Positions 1 through 10,000 of a DNA stretch of 47,340 nt are shown piece after piece; position 1 is the first letter of the stretch; each line of letters opens with the position of its first letter. The notes below the pieces were generated by a model. That model was not told the origin of the DNA and searched no databases. It saw only the letters and a list, made by a program, of their open reading frames with translations. The position numbers and the translations under genes are program-made. Source of the DNA: Patescibacteria group bacterium (lineage in GTDB: Bacteria; Patescibacteriota; Microgenomatia; Woykebacterales; 2-01-FULL-43-14); NCBI GenBank assembly GCA_023485445.1, contig JAMCZT010000032.1, forward strand, positions 1-47,340. Direction: 5' to 3'.

Positions 1-128
1 ACAAGACTCTTTCAGTCTTTGTTAATTTAGTATGTTTGCTCAAAATATTCACCTCCTAACTAGTTCAGGAAGTGAATTTTACTCTTAATTATTTATCTAG
101 GGGGTTGCAATCGTTTTTAGAACTCGTG
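1..128 (-). mobile_element. IS30-family element, 5' end (terminal inverted repeat and transposase start), truncated by the window edge
   Basis: Minus strand: SD AGGAGGTGA (49-57), then TTG at 43 giving MSKHTKLTKTERVL, which resembles IS30 N-termini. Segment 102-128 matches the reverse complement of 47214-47240 at 19/27 positions. Confidence 0.7.
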
Positions 129-165
129 AAAAAAAGAATTTGAATTTTTCTGATATACTTTATCT

Positions 166-870
166 ATGAACTCTTTAGACTCTTCAAAAAAGGTAAACAT
201 TGCTATAACCGGCGCAAAGGGAACGATCGGAAGTATTCTACAGGAAGGCCTGACCGATTTTGATATTACTCCTCTTGATTTACCTGATGTCGACGTAGGA
301 AATCTTGACCAAATGGTAAAGGTCTTGGCAGGACAATCCGCCGTAATTCATCTTGCCTGGAATTATGGAGCAGAAGACTTAAGTAGCGGCCAGATCAATC
401 CCGATAATTACCTCATGACCTGTTCTGTTTACGAATCCGCCCGAAGAGCTAAAGTGAAACGAGTGATCATGGCAAGCTCGGTCCACGCCCATCGTTATTC
501 AAATTTAAAAGAAGGGGAACTGCTTTCAACCGATCAGGTTCCACTTCCGGATAGCCTTTACGGAGCAAGCAAAGTTTTCGTGGAGGCCTTGGGAAGATAT
601 TATGCTAAAAATGGGCTAGAGGTAATCTGTCTTCGCTTCGGAAGAGTGCGAAAAAACGACGACCCAGGAATCGATGAACCTCAGGAAAGAATTGTTTGGC
701 TGAGTAAAAGTGACGCTCGCGGCTTGATAAGAAAATGCCTAACGATAAAGGAAGTCCCAAATAGTTTCGCTCTCGTTAACGCTGTTTCAGATAATACTGA
801 TCGGGTCCATGACGTCTCAAACCCTTTCGGCTGGGTTCCCCGGGACAATTACAAAAATACCTTTCGCTAA
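166..870 (+). CDS. NAD-dependent epimerase/dehydratase (uronate dehydrogenase-like extended SDR)
   Basis: TGAKGTIG Rossmann motif, VIHLA, ASS and YGASK (YxxxK) catalytic motif. Confidence 0.85.
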   Translation: MNSLDSSKKVNIAITGAKGTIGSILQEGLTDFDITPLDLPDVDVGNLDQMVKVLAGQSAVIHLAWNYGAEDLSSGQINPDNYLMTCSVYESARRAKVKRVIMASSVHAHRYSNLKEGELLSTDQVPLPDSLYGASKVFVEALGRYYAKNGLEVICLRFGRVRKNDDPGIDEPQERIVWLSKSDARGLIRKCLTIKEVPNSFALVNAVSDNTDRVHDVSNPFGWVPRDNYKNTFR

Positions 871-915
871 GTACTATTTGCGTCCATCCAAAACAACAGC
901 TAAAATATCCATAGA

Positions 916-1773
916 ATGAAACTACCGCAATTTTCTAAAAAAGAACCAAAACCTTATTGGTACGTCGACGCGAAATGGATTTTCGGTCTCTTGCTCATCG
1001 TATCTCTAAGTATTTTGTCCTTTATTTATGGTTTGTATAAGTTAACTGAAGAAAATCCAGCCGTTGAGCTCTCAACCATTCTTATGGCTTCGGCTTTTAG
1101 TCCGAATGGATTAGATGACACCGGCGACCTCAAAGAATTTAAATCAAAAATTGCTACTCAAGCTGGAGAGGTAATCTACCCCTTAGCAAACATTAAAAAC
1201 GTCTCCATAAACAAGAGCGACCTTGAAAAATACCCTCCCCAGGAGCTTCGGCTAAAACTTTTTCGCCAAATTTCCGAGCCTCTGTATTTCGAAGGGGCGG
1301 AAGGATTTGCAAAGAAACTAACGGATGATCCAAACCAACAGAAAAAGTTTGCAAACGATGCCTTCTTAGTCTCAATTTTTTCCCGAACTTTCCATCAAAA
1401 TCTACAAAATATTTTATTTATCAGCGCGATAATAAACCTGTTTTTCGTGATTGCTTTTGTTTTCTTTAGTTTTGGTTTTGGAAAAATAGGTAATCTCGGA
1501 TGGGTAATGCTTATAGTCGGCCTGCCAGGAACTTTTTTGTCGTCAATTTTAAATACGCCGACGTTACAAGTAAATACTTCAGAAGGAGCGCTAGGCGGAA
1601 GCCAACTTAAAATGATTGCCCCATTTATCTCAAACATCCCTACGTCGGCCATAAAAATATTACTATCTGGTTACCAAATAGCGGCAACAGGGGGCGCCTT
1701 ATTAATAATTTTTGCAATAATCGGAAAGTCCGCCTGGAAAATCAAAGTTAGAAGACAAAAGCTTTCTCAGTAA
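916..1773 (+). CDS. hypothetical multi-pass membrane protein
   Basis: 285-aa ORF with about 4 hydrophobic segments. TTGCGT-17-TAAAAT promoter at 878-906. Confidence 0.75.
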   Translation: MKLPQFSKKEPKPYWYVDAKWIFGLLLIVSLSILSFIYGLYKLTEENPAVELSTILMASAFSPNGLDDTGDLKEFKSKIATQAGEVIYPLANIKNVSINKSDLEKYPPQELRLKLFRQISEPLYFEGAEGFAKKLTDDPNQQKKFANDAFLVSIFSRTFHQNLQNILFISAIINLFFVIAFVFFSFGFGKIGNLGWVMLIVGLPGTFLSSILNTPTLQVNTSEGALGGSQLKMIAPFISNIPTSAIKILLSGYQIAATGGALLIIFAIIGKSAWKIKVRRQKLSQ

Positions 1774-1847
1774 AAACCAGGTTAGTATCTAAAGAAAACA
1801 AAAATAAGATAAATTGCTATCCTTATCTTAAGCGTTATCAAAAATTA

Positions 1848-2612
1848 TCAAGGCTTAGTTAATCGCGACGCCACCCTTTTACTTTCTAAAAAGATGTCAT
1901 TAAGGGGAATGTTAAGTTCGGCGATAAACTTTCCCAAGACCATTTTTTTAAGGGAAGGGGATAAATGTTTTATCATCTTCGGAATAATTTCTTCATGGCC
2001 GCCGATGATGATAAAATTAATTCCATCTTTTTTTGCAAAATCATTCACTGCTTGGGCAATAAAATTTAAATGTTGGTGAAGATGCTCCTCAATGTGGCGA
2101 AAGATCTTGTCGTCTCGTCCGTAGTCAACCTTCTTAGCTTTAACTCGTTGAGGAACTTCCCCCTCGAAGACATCTTTATGTTCCTCGATTCTGCCGAGGT
2201 TGACCGTAAAAAGCCTTGCCTTCTGACGATCAACCATCAAAACTAAATATTTTTTATGCTCCTTTATGGTCTCTTCTATAGGATCGATAAAAGGAGAGCC
2301 GGAAATAGAAAAAATCGGTGGGAGGTAAAATTCGAAGGAAAGAACTTCCCACAACCCATCGCCAGCGGTAAAAAAGACAAAGCTTCGGTTACCCCGAGTG
2401 TCAAGGGAATCTTCTAAATATGTTTCAATTTTTTGGAGATCGTCGTGAAACATTCTTTGTTCTTTCGCGGTTAAGTTTTTGTGGATTAGAGAACGAAAAA
2501 GAGAAGAAAGGGCGCGGGTAGTGGGAGATTTTTTGCCCTCATCGGCAAGGTATACCGAGAGGATGGGAAAATGGCTATTCTTATATTTTTTTAGTTTTTT
2601 TAACATCTGCAT
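1848..2612 (-). CDS. bacterial archaeo-eukaryotic release factor-like (baeRF / host-attachment-like) protein
   Basis: ILSVYL N-terminus, YLVLMVDRQKARLF and IIIGGHEE are typical of aeRF1/pelota-like domains 1-2. No GGQ is visible. Confidence 0.7.
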   Translation of the reverse strand: MQMLKKLKKYKNSHFPILSVYLADEGKKSPTTRALSSLFRSLIHKNLTAKEQRMFHDDLQKIETYLEDSLDTRGNRSFVFFTAGDGLWEVLSFEFYLPPIFSISGSPFIDPIEETIKEHKKYLVLMVDRQKARLFTVNLGRIEEHKDVFEGEVPQRVKAKKVDYGRDDKIFRHIEEHLHQHLNFIAQAVNDFAKKDGINFIIIGGHEEIIPKMIKHLSPSLKKMVLGKFIAELNIPLNDIFLESKRVASRLTKP

Positions 2613-2614
2613 TT

Positions 2615-3046
2615 TTAAATACCTAGCTTCCGGATCGTCTTTTGGTCAAAGTATTCGCTATCACTTCCGAAGTGCTCTCCTTTATACGTGTCAAGTTCCC
2701 TAGTTAACCTCTTAAAACCAACCTCGAGGGCTTCATCCACCGTTTTACCATCAAAGTGGGCCACGATTGGCTTTTTAGGTAACTGTAGCCGCATCGTCCC
2801 ATCGTAATAAACAGGGCTGCTAGATTTGGGGGTTACCGAAACAATATTGACTTCTGGATCCACGGAAACATTTTCCAAAATATGATCGAGCCGCCTTTTT
2901 TTGTGTTTCCGAATAATGATTTCCAGCAAAGGAAGGTCAATCGCCATATCTGATAAAAAGCGGGAAAGACGTTTTAGTTTCCGATCAAGGTAACGTAAGG
3001 AGGAATCCGAAAGTTGAAATTTTTTGGTGGAAATTAAATATTCCAT
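2615..3046 (-). CDS. HPF/RaiA-like ribosome-associated protein
   Basis: ISTKKFQLSDSSLRYLDRKLKRL and DGKTVDEALEVGFKRLTRELDTYK follow the HPF/RaiA pattern. Confidence 0.7.
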   Translation of the reverse strand: MEYLISTKKFQLSDSSLRYLDRKLKRLSRFLSDMAIDLPLLEIIIRKHKKRRLDHILENVSVDPEVNIVSVTPKSSSPVYYDGTMRLQLPKKPIVAHFDGKTVDEALEVGFKRLTRELDTYKGEHFGSDSEYFDQKTIRKLGI

Positions 3047-3191
3047 AACACCCTTTTATCGATTTTTCACGATTTGTGCAACAGGCTGTGGCGTCGTTGG
3101 TCGAACTGCTTTTCAAACTAAGGAGCTTTTACCTCCCCCTTTCTTGACTTCGACTCACACCTGAAGTTAGATTTCTTAAGCGAGGTAAGTC

Positions 3192-3977
3192 ATGAGACCC
3201 ATTTGGTCAGGATCGATCAGTTTTGGCTTGGTTAATATTCCAGTAAAACTCTTCTCGGCGGTGCACGAAAGGGAAATAAATTTTGATTTACTTCATAAAA
3301 AAGACCTTTCCCCCATCCGTTACGCTCGGGTTTGCGAAACAGAAGACAAAGAGATTGATTTTCATGACCTCGTCCGCGGATACGAGTACGCCAAAGGAAA
3401 TTACGTCGTGGTTGAGCTAGAAGAAATTAAAAAAGCCGACGTAGCCAAAACCCAGACCATCAGCATCGTTGACTTTTCTCCTGAAAAAGACATCGATTCC
3501 ATTTATTTTGAAAAACCTTACTTCATCGCTCCCGATAAAGGATCAGAGAAAGCTTATGCCCTTTTAAGGGAGTCCTTAACGAAAAGGAGCAAGGTCGCGA
3601 TCGCCAAATTTGTCTTAAGGACACGGGAACATCTTGGGGCGATAAAAGCCGATAATAACGTCTTGGTCTTTGAACAAATGCGCTTTTCTGAGGATTTGAG
3701 AAATCCAGCAGAACTAAACCTCCCAACCGCTAGTCTGGTTTCCGAAAAGGAACTGGATATGGCTTACCAATTAATCGACCGCTTAACCGAAAAATTTAAC
3801 CCTGAGAAATACAAAGACACTTACACAGCGGAACTAGAGCAACTTCTCGCAGAAAAAGTAGCGGGGAAGGCGCCAAAAGTAACAGGCAAAGTTCCCGAGC
3901 CAACACCATCCAAAGACCTTATGGAGGCTTTAAAGGCCAGCTTAGAAAAAGAAGTTCGGCCAGCGGCCCAAGCCTAA
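3192..3977 (+). CDS. ku: Ku protein (NHEJ DNA-end binding)
   Basis: MRPIWSGSISFGLVNIPVKLF N-terminus, YFEKPYFIAP, DLMEALKASL C-terminus. SD GAGGT. Confidence 0.97.
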   Translation: MRPIWSGSISFGLVNIPVKLFSAVHEREINFDLLHKKDLSPIRYARVCETEDKEIDFHDLVRGYEYAKGNYVVVELEEIKKADVAKTQTISIVDFSPEKDIDSIYFEKPYFIAPDKGSEKAYALLRESLTKRSKVAIAKFVLRTREHLGAIKADNNVLVFEQMRFSEDLRNPAELNLPTASLVSEKELDMAYQLIDRLTEKFNPEKYKDTYTAELEQLLAEKVAGKAPKVTGKVPEPTPSKDLMEALKASLEKEVRPAAQA

Positions 3978-3985
3978 AAAACACC

Positions 3986-5440
3986 ATGGGTTTAGAAACC
4001 TACCAAAAAAAGAGAAAATTTAATGCTACACCCGAACCAAAGGGAGAAATAGCAAAAAGGCGTGAGTCCCGCTTTGTCGTCCAAAAACATGCCGCCACTC
4101 ATCTCCACTATGACTTCCGATTAGAGTCAGGCGGAGTCCTAAAAAGCTGGGCAGTCCCGAAAGGTCCTCCCTTGGACCCAAAAGATAAACGGTTAGCCGT
4201 CATGGTTGAAGACCACCCCATCGAGTATCAAAAATTTGAAGGGGTTATCCCAGAGGGAAATTATGGGGCAGGGACGGTCGAAATCTGGGATAAGGGTCAT
4301 TATTTCACGCTAAACGTCAACAAAGAAAGACAGGAAAAAACCGTCGAAGAAGGTTTGAAGCAAGGGCACTTAGACCTTATCCTGGAAGGTGAAAAACTAA
4401 AAGGCGAATACACCCTGGTCAAAACGAAACTAAGCGAGAAAAGTTGGCTTTTGATAAAGAAAGAAGATCCTTACCTGGCAGTAGAAATGCCAAAGCAGGT
4501 GAAACCAATGCTCGCTACCCTAGTGGGAGAACCTTTCGACAAGGATAGCTGGCTCTTTGAGATGAAAATAGACGGGTATCGAGCAATTGCCGAAGTAAAC
4601 GGGGCAGAAGTGAATTTGTATTCCCGAAATTTTAACTCCTTTAACAATCAGTACCCCCAGATCGTCGACTCTTTGAGAAATCTGGGAAAGGTAGCGGTTC
4701 TCGACGGGGAAATCGCAGTCGTCGATAACGAAGGCAAACCTTCTTTCCAGCTTTTGCAAAATTATCCACGAGAACAGACAGGAAATCTAATTTATTTTAT
4801 TTTTGATTTGCTTTACCTCAACAAGCGTGATCTGCAAGCCCTCCCTTTGACGGAAAGGAAAAATATCTTAAGGCAAAACTTGCCCCCAAGCCCTTTTTTA
4901 AAGTTTACCGATCACATTGAAAAAAACGGAACAGCTTTTTTTAACGCCGCCAAAGAAAAGGGTCTTGAAGGGATCATGGCAAAAGATGGAAAAAGCCCGT
5001 ACCGCCAAGGAAAAAGGACTAAAGAATGGCTAAAAATAAAAACTACCCGTGTGCAAGAAGCCGTCATTGGCGGATTTACTCAACCTAAAGGGAAACGGGG
5101 TTACTTTGGGGCTTTGATTTTAGGGGTTTACGAAGGGAATAATCTGGTTTACGTCGGGCACACTGGAAGCGGGTTTGAGGAAAAAAGCCTGGAAGAGACT
5201 TTTGAAAAGTTAAAAAGGAAAATCTCTCCTGTCTCTCCCTTCAAAAATCCCCCTAAACCCAATGCTCCCGTTACTTGGCTTAGACCAGAAATGGCTTGCG
5301 AAGTAAAATATCAGGAATGGACGAAAGACGGGCACCTGAGGATGCCTATCTTTTTAAGAATGCGCGAGGATAAGCCCCCGAAAGAAATCGGCCGGGAAAA
5401 AATTTTGTCGACGAAAGAAATTTTAAAGGGGAAAAAGTGA
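3986..5440 (+). CDS. ligD: LigD 3'-phosphoesterase plus ATP-dependent ligase domains
   Basis: FVVQKHAATHLHYDFRLE (PE domain), EMKIDGYR (KxDG adenylation motif), EGIMAK, WLKIK. Confidence 0.95.
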   Translation: MGLETYQKKRKFNATPEPKGEIAKRRESRFVVQKHAATHLHYDFRLESGGVLKSWAVPKGPPLDPKDKRLAVMVEDHPIEYQKFEGVIPEGNYGAGTVEIWDKGHYFTLNVNKERQEKTVEEGLKQGHLDLILEGEKLKGEYTLVKTKLSEKSWLLIKKEDPYLAVEMPKQVKPMLATLVGEPFDKDSWLFEMKIDGYRAIAEVNGAEVNLYSRNFNSFNNQYPQIVDSLRNLGKVAVLDGEIAVVDNEGKPSFQLLQNYPREQTGNLIYFIFDLLYLNKRDLQALPLTERKNILRQNLPPSPFLKFTDHIEKNGTAFFNAAKEKGLEGIMAKDGKSPYRQGKRTKEWLKIKTTRVQEAVIGGFTQPKGKRGYFGALILGVYEGNNLVYVGHTGSGFEEKSLEETFEKLKRKISPVSPFKNPPKPNAPVTWLRPEMACEVKYQEWTKDGHLRMPIFLRMREDKPPKEIGREKILSTKEILKGKK

Positions 5441-6372
5441 TCCAGTCTACCCGGGAAAAATCAACGATCGTCATAATTGATAACAAAGAAGTAAAGCTAA
5501 CAAACCTGGATAAGATTTTTTGGCAAAAAGAAGGGTACACTAAGAGAGATTTAATCGAATATTACCAAAGGATCTCCCCTTTCATCCTTCCCTACTTGGC
5601 CGATCGTCCCGAATCTTTGCATCGCTTCCCAAACGGGGTACGAGGAAAAGGTTTTTTCCAAAAAAATGTTGAATCTCCTCCGCCTTACGTCAAAACGGTA
5701 AAAATTCCCGCAGAAACGGAAAACCGGGTGATTAATTACATCGTTTGCCAGGATCTCGCAACCTTAGTTTACCTCGCAAATTTAGGCTGCATCGAACTTA
5801 ATCCTTGGCTTTCCCGAACCGTCAGCCAACATAGTCCAGATTACTGCGTCTTGGATCTTGATCCAGTCGAAATTGGTTTTGGGGCGGTAGTTCAGACTGC
5901 TTTGGTCATTCACCACCTATTAGAAAAGGCCAGTATTTCCCACTACGTCAAGACTTCTGGAGCGACCGGTTTACATATCTACATTCCTTTAAAAAGCGGC
6001 TACACCTATGAGCAATCCCGCCTTTTTGCCCAAACCATCGCTTCAATAGTCCACCAGAAAACCTCCTCTTTCACTTCATTAGAAAGGCTTCCAGAAAAAA
6101 GGGTGAGTAAAGTCTACCTGGATTATTTGCAAAATGTCTTGGGAAAAACCCTCTCAGCCCCTTACTGCCTTCGACCTAGAGACAGAGCGCCTGTCTCAAC
6201 GCCCCTACTTTGGGAAGAAATAAACGGAAAGTTAGATCCCCCTGATTTTAACATCAAGACCATTTTTAAAAGATTAGGAAAAATAGGCGACATTTGGAAA
6301 CCGCTGCGACAAGAAGGAGTCGACCTAAAGGTGGCACTAGACCGTCTGCAAAAAGTTTCCCAAAAATTTTGA
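5437..6372 (+). CDS. stand-alone LigD polymerase (AEP primase-like) domain
   Basis: LTNLDKIFW, RFPNG, FFQKN, DLDP, KTSGATGLH, YLDYLQN, VSTPLLWEE. GTG start overlaps the ligase stop. Confidence 0.93.
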   Translation: MIQSTREKSTIVIIDNKEVKLTNLDKIFWQKEGYTKRDLIEYYQRISPFILPYLADRPESLHRFPNGVRGKGFFQKNVESPPPYVKTVKIPAETENRVINYIVCQDLATLVYLANLGCIELNPWLSRTVSQHSPDYCVLDLDPVEIGFGAVVQTALVIHHLLEKASISHYVKTSGATGLHIYIPLKSGYTYEQSRLFAQTIASIVHQKTSSFTSLERLPEKRVSKVYLDYLQNVLGKTLSAPYCLRPRDRAPVSTPLLWEEINGKLDPPDFNIKTIFKRLGKIGDIWKPLRQEGVDLKVALDRLQKVSQKF

Positions 6373-6462
6373 GGTTTGAGGTGGAGTCGATGGAAAAATT
6401 TTCTATTAAAGATTGCTCCCTTAGCAATAAAGTCATCTGTGCCTGTCGCAAAGAAGACGTAA

Positions 6463-7890
6463 TCAAGAAAGTTTAACAAGTGCCTCTTCCAATCTTTCGA
6501 CCGTCATTTCTTTGCCAAGAACTAGCATCGTCTCAAAAAGTGGTGGGGTGGCAGTTCTTCCGGTTAAGGCAACACGGATGGTCATGAAGAGCTCTCCCGG
6601 TTTCCATTTCAACTCTTCGGCTAACCCTCGGCAAGCTTTCTCCAAGTCTTCATGTTTCCAAGCAGATTTTTTGATCACTTCCAACACGCGTTCCAACGCT
6701 TCCCGTGTCTCGCCACCCTTTCTATCTTTCTGCAGTAAAAGCTTTTTATCATAATCAATCTCATATTTAAAGAAAAAATCCGTCAAAGGAATGAAATCTT
6801 TGAGGGTAACCATCCGGTCTTGAACCAACGGGATGACTTTCTTTACCAATTCAGAATCATAGTCGGACGGAATAAAAGGCTGCAAACGTTTAGAAAGTTC
6901 CTCTGGATCAAGTTTGCGGATGTACTGGCCGTTGAACCAATTTAGCTTATCCATGTCAAAAATCGCCGGATTTTTCTGTATTCGCTCAAGGCTAAATTCT
7001 TTGATCAATTCTTCTTTTGTAAATAGATCACGGTTTTCTTTGGGCGACCAGCCTAGCAAAGCTAGAAAGTTGATCAGAGCCTCCGGCAAGTAACCTTTAT
7101 CCCGATACTCAGTCAGAGAAGTCGCCCCATGGCGCTTGCTGAGTTTAGACCGGTCAGAACCGAGAATCAGGGGAGCATGCGCATAGTATGGAGTTTTCCA
7201 TCCCATCGCTTGGTAAATCAAAATATGTTTTGGGGTTGAGGAAAGCCATTCTTCGCCCCGGATAACGTAGTTTACTTCCATCGCGTGGTCATCGACAACC
7301 ACGGCTAAGTGGTATGTGGGGTAACCGTCGGACTTAAGGAGCACCTGGTCGTCAATCTCTGAGTTTTGGAAGGTTACTTTACCGCGGACGATATCATCGA
7401 AACTCGTCTCACCTTTTTCGGGAACTTTAAGACGAATCACCGCCATTTCCTTTTTGGACAAGCGTGCTTGGCATTCTTCAGGGGAGAGATCACGGCAATG
7501 CTGGTCATAACGAGGAGCTTCACCTTTTTCCGCCTGGGCTTTTCTAACTTCTTCTAACCGCTTTGGTGAACAAAAGCAGTAATAGGCTTTCCCCAACTCA
7601 ACCAGCTTCACGGCCATTTTTTGATAGAGCTCCAGCCTTTCCGATTGAATATATGGCCCAAACGGGCCGCCTACTCCCGGCCCCTCATCCCACTCTAAAC
7701 CGAGCCATTTGAGACCTTCAATAATTTTTTCTTTACTCCCCGGCACTTCGCGGCTTTTATCAGTATCTTCGATGCGCAAGATAAATTTCCCATTTTCATG
7801 CCGGGCAAAAAGGTACTCGAATATTGTCGTCCGGATGTTCCCGATGTGAGGCTCCCCAGTCGGCGAAGGAGCAAATCTAGTCCTAACCAT
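6463..7890 (-). CDS. gltX: glutamate--tRNA ligase
   Basis: MVRTRFAPSPTG, HIGN, KLSKR. Start reassigned to ATG 7890, which lies 7 nt downstream of an extended -10 (TGCTAAAAT). Confidence 0.97.
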   Translation of the reverse strand: MVRTRFAPSPTGEPHIGNIRTTIFEYLFARHENGKFILRIEDTDKSREVPGSKEKIIEGLKWLGLEWDEGPGVGGPFGPYIQSERLELYQKMAVKLVELGKAYYCFCSPKRLEEVRKAQAEKGEAPRYDQHCRDLSPEECQARLSKKEMAVIRLKVPEKGETSFDDIVRGKVTFQNSEIDDQVLLKSDGYPTYHLAVVVDDHAMEVNYVIRGEEWLSSTPKHILIYQAMGWKTPYYAHAPLILGSDRSKLSKRHGATSLTEYRDKGYLPEALINFLALLGWSPKENRDLFTKEELIKEFSLERIQKNPAIFDMDKLNWFNGQYIRKLDPEELSKRLQPFIPSDYDSELVKKVIPLVQDRMVTLKDFIPLTDFFFKYEIDYDKKLLLQKDRKGGETREALERVLEVIKKSAWKHEDLEKACRGLAEELKWKPGELFMTIRVALTGRTATPPLFETMLVLGKEMTVERLEEALVKLS

Positions 7891-7948
7891 ACCTTGAATT
7901 TTAGCACAGCTAAATGTTATACTCAACCATGTAAGAGGAACCTGTCCT

Positions 7949-9037
7949 ATGACATTATCTGAAGTTGCCGAGTCTTGCCGCAAGTTTATCCGTTGGGGAA
8001 TCGTTGGCATCATTGCGCTATTTATCCTGATTTCTCTCTGGAACGCAGCTTATAATTACTGGCAAGCAACTCATCCAAAACCTCCACCAAAACCAACCGT
8101 CGCGTTCGGAAAATTACCAGTTCTTTCGACCCCGCCGTCTTTGGTTAATCTCACTAACCTAAAGTTAACTTTGGAAACGATCAACGGAAAGACCCCGGAA
8201 GTCCCGACAATCTTGCCGGTTTACGTCATGCCGCATCCTCAACCAAACTTGCTAAATGATGAAAATGCCAAGAAAGTTGCCTTAGCTTTTGGTTTCAAAA
8301 ATGATCCGACGGTAAACTCAAAAACCGAATACCTTTGGAACGACCCAAACTTGCCGAATCAAAGTTTTAAAATTAACCCTTTAAATGGGAATTTTGAATA
8401 CCGTTACGATTACGTTAACGATCCATCTGTCTTGAACAAGCCACTTTCGATCAAGAAAGAGGACGCCATTAATTTAGCCAGAGGCTTTGTAGGCAGTCAC
8501 GTGTCTTTGCCGGATGACCTATCGGGCGCTTCTTCCTCCGTTGAATTTCTAAAAATCACGCAGGGCGCGGAAGAAGTCGTTGATTCGCCTTCTGATGGCA
8601 ACGCCATCAGGGTCAACCTTTCTCGAAAAGATCTCGAATTCCGTGATAAAAAATACCCTCTCATTACCCCAAGCCCGAAAGTCTCTTTAGTAAGAGTACT
8701 TATCTCACCCAGCGAAGATAAAAGAGTTCTAACCGTTAATTACGTTTACTGGCCAATCGAAATTCAAAACAGCTCCACATACCCGATAAAAACTGCAGAG
8801 CAAGCCTGGGGAGAAATCCAAAACGGTTTTGGGACGTTAGTCTACTTGGAAAGACCAAACCTAGTCAGTGCTGGTATCCAAAATATCTCCCTTGCTTACT
8901 ATGATGACGAGCAACCCCAAAATTTTCTCCAGCCGATTTATGTTTTTTCTGGAATCGGTTACACCAAAGACGGTCTTCGTTCCTCTTTCATCATTTATTT
9001 ACCAGCGGTAACTGGAGAATATATAGTTAAGCAGTGA
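7949..9037 (+). CDS. hypothetical membrane-anchored exported protein
   Basis: 362-aa ORF with an N-terminal TM segment and a Pro-rich linker. C-terminal LQPIYVF motif. Confidence 0.75.
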   Translation: MTLSEVAESCRKFIRWGIVGIIALFILISLWNAAYNYWQATHPKPPPKPTVAFGKLPVLSTPPSLVNLTNLKLTLETINGKTPEVPTILPVYVMPHPQPNLLNDENAKKVALAFGFKNDPTVNSKTEYLWNDPNLPNQSFKINPLNGNFEYRYDYVNDPSVLNKPLSIKKEDAINLARGFVGSHVSLPDDLSGASSSVEFLKITQGAEEVVDSPSDGNAIRVNLSRKDLEFRDKKYPLITPSPKVSLVRVLISPSEDKRVLTVNYVYWPIEIQNSSTYPIKTAEQAWGEIQNGFGTLVYLERPNLVSAGIQNISLAYYDDEQPQNFLQPIYVFSGIGYTKDGLRSSFIIYLPAVTGEYIVKQ

Positions 9038-10000
9038 GGAAGTTTCTCCGAACCGATCGGAGGAATTTAAGAGAACGCTCACTACCCGATGCTTATCTTT
9101 CGTTGCGGAAGCCACCAGGCATTGACCTGCTTCTTGGGTCCAACCGGTTTTTACTCCGTCTATCCAATCTTGCCCAAGCAGACTATTTGTGCTTTCTAAG
9201 TCGTGCCAATAAACCTTGTCCACACTGCTAATGTTAATCCGCTTGGTCTTAATAATCTTGTTAAAAAAAGGGTTTTTTAAAGCGTAAGCAGTCAAATAAG
9301 AAAAATCTCTTGCCGTAGTGAAATGGTTTTTCTCAGGCAAGCCAGAAGAATTTACAAAGTGAGTATTTTTCATATTCAATTCTTCGGCTTTTTTATTCAT
9401 AGAGTAAATAAATTGTTCATATCCACTTGGATAGCTTGCGGCTAAAACATAAGCGGCGTCATTACCAGATTTAACTAGCAAACCGTAGAGAAGGTTTTCG
9501 ACGCTTATCCTCTCACCCTCTACTAACCCCATTAGACTGCCTTCAGTCTGCAAGTTAGAAACCGTCAAGACATCAGTTAACTTGTACGCCTCTAAAGCTA
9601 CCACCGCCGTCATTATTTTTGTCGTCGAGGCTGGGGCTAAAGGAGTATCCAGATTTTTCTGGAAAAGCACTTTGGCCGAGTCAAGGTCAAGGACTAGGGC
9701 AGAAGTAGCGGTCAGCTCAGGTGGTGAACTTTTCACAGTCATGACTGGATAAACCGCGGGAGAAGGCACGGAAAAAGGAAGCGCCTTGACTAATGGTTCT
9801 TTAAGAATTAACTTTTCAGATTCGTAAGGGTTGTTGACAGGGTTCATCGAAAAGAAAATAAAAACAATTGCGGAGGTAAAAACGAACAAAACGGTTGTTT
9901 TTCTTTTACTGAATAGCTTACGAGAGAGGCGGTCTGCCCAACTTTTAAGGTAGGACGTCAAAGTTGAGAGGTATCCTTTAGCTTCATTTCTTTCCATCAT
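8999..10000 (-). CDS. D-alanyl-D-alanine carboxypeptidase (peptidase S11)
   Basis: All three PBP motifs are present: STTK (SxxK), SGN (SxN) and KTG. N-terminal TM anchor. Confidence 0.93.
   Translation of the reverse strand: MMERNEAKGYLSTLTSYLKSWADRLSRKLFSKRKTTVLFVFTSAIVFIFFSMNPVNNPYESEKLILKEPLVKALPFSVPSPAVYPVMTVKSSPPELTATSALVLDLDSAKVLFQKNLDTPLAPASTTKIMTAVVALEAYKLTDVLTVSNLQTEGSLMGLVEGERISVENLLYGLLVKSGNDAAYVLAASYPSGYEQFIYSMNKKAEELNMKNTHFVNSSGLPEKNHFTTARDFSYLTAYALKNPFFNKIIKTKRINISSVDKVYWHDLESTNSLLGQDWIDGVKTGWTQEAGQCLVASATKDKHRVVSVLLNSSDRFGETSSLLNYIFSSYRW

Noticed and set aside
7891-8013. N-terminal extension of gltX (likewise miaA 38483-38626, MNT, HicB and aspS upstream starts)
   Set aside because: The extensions overlap neighbouring genes or promoters. 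Family N-termini and -10 spacing point to the downstream ATGs.
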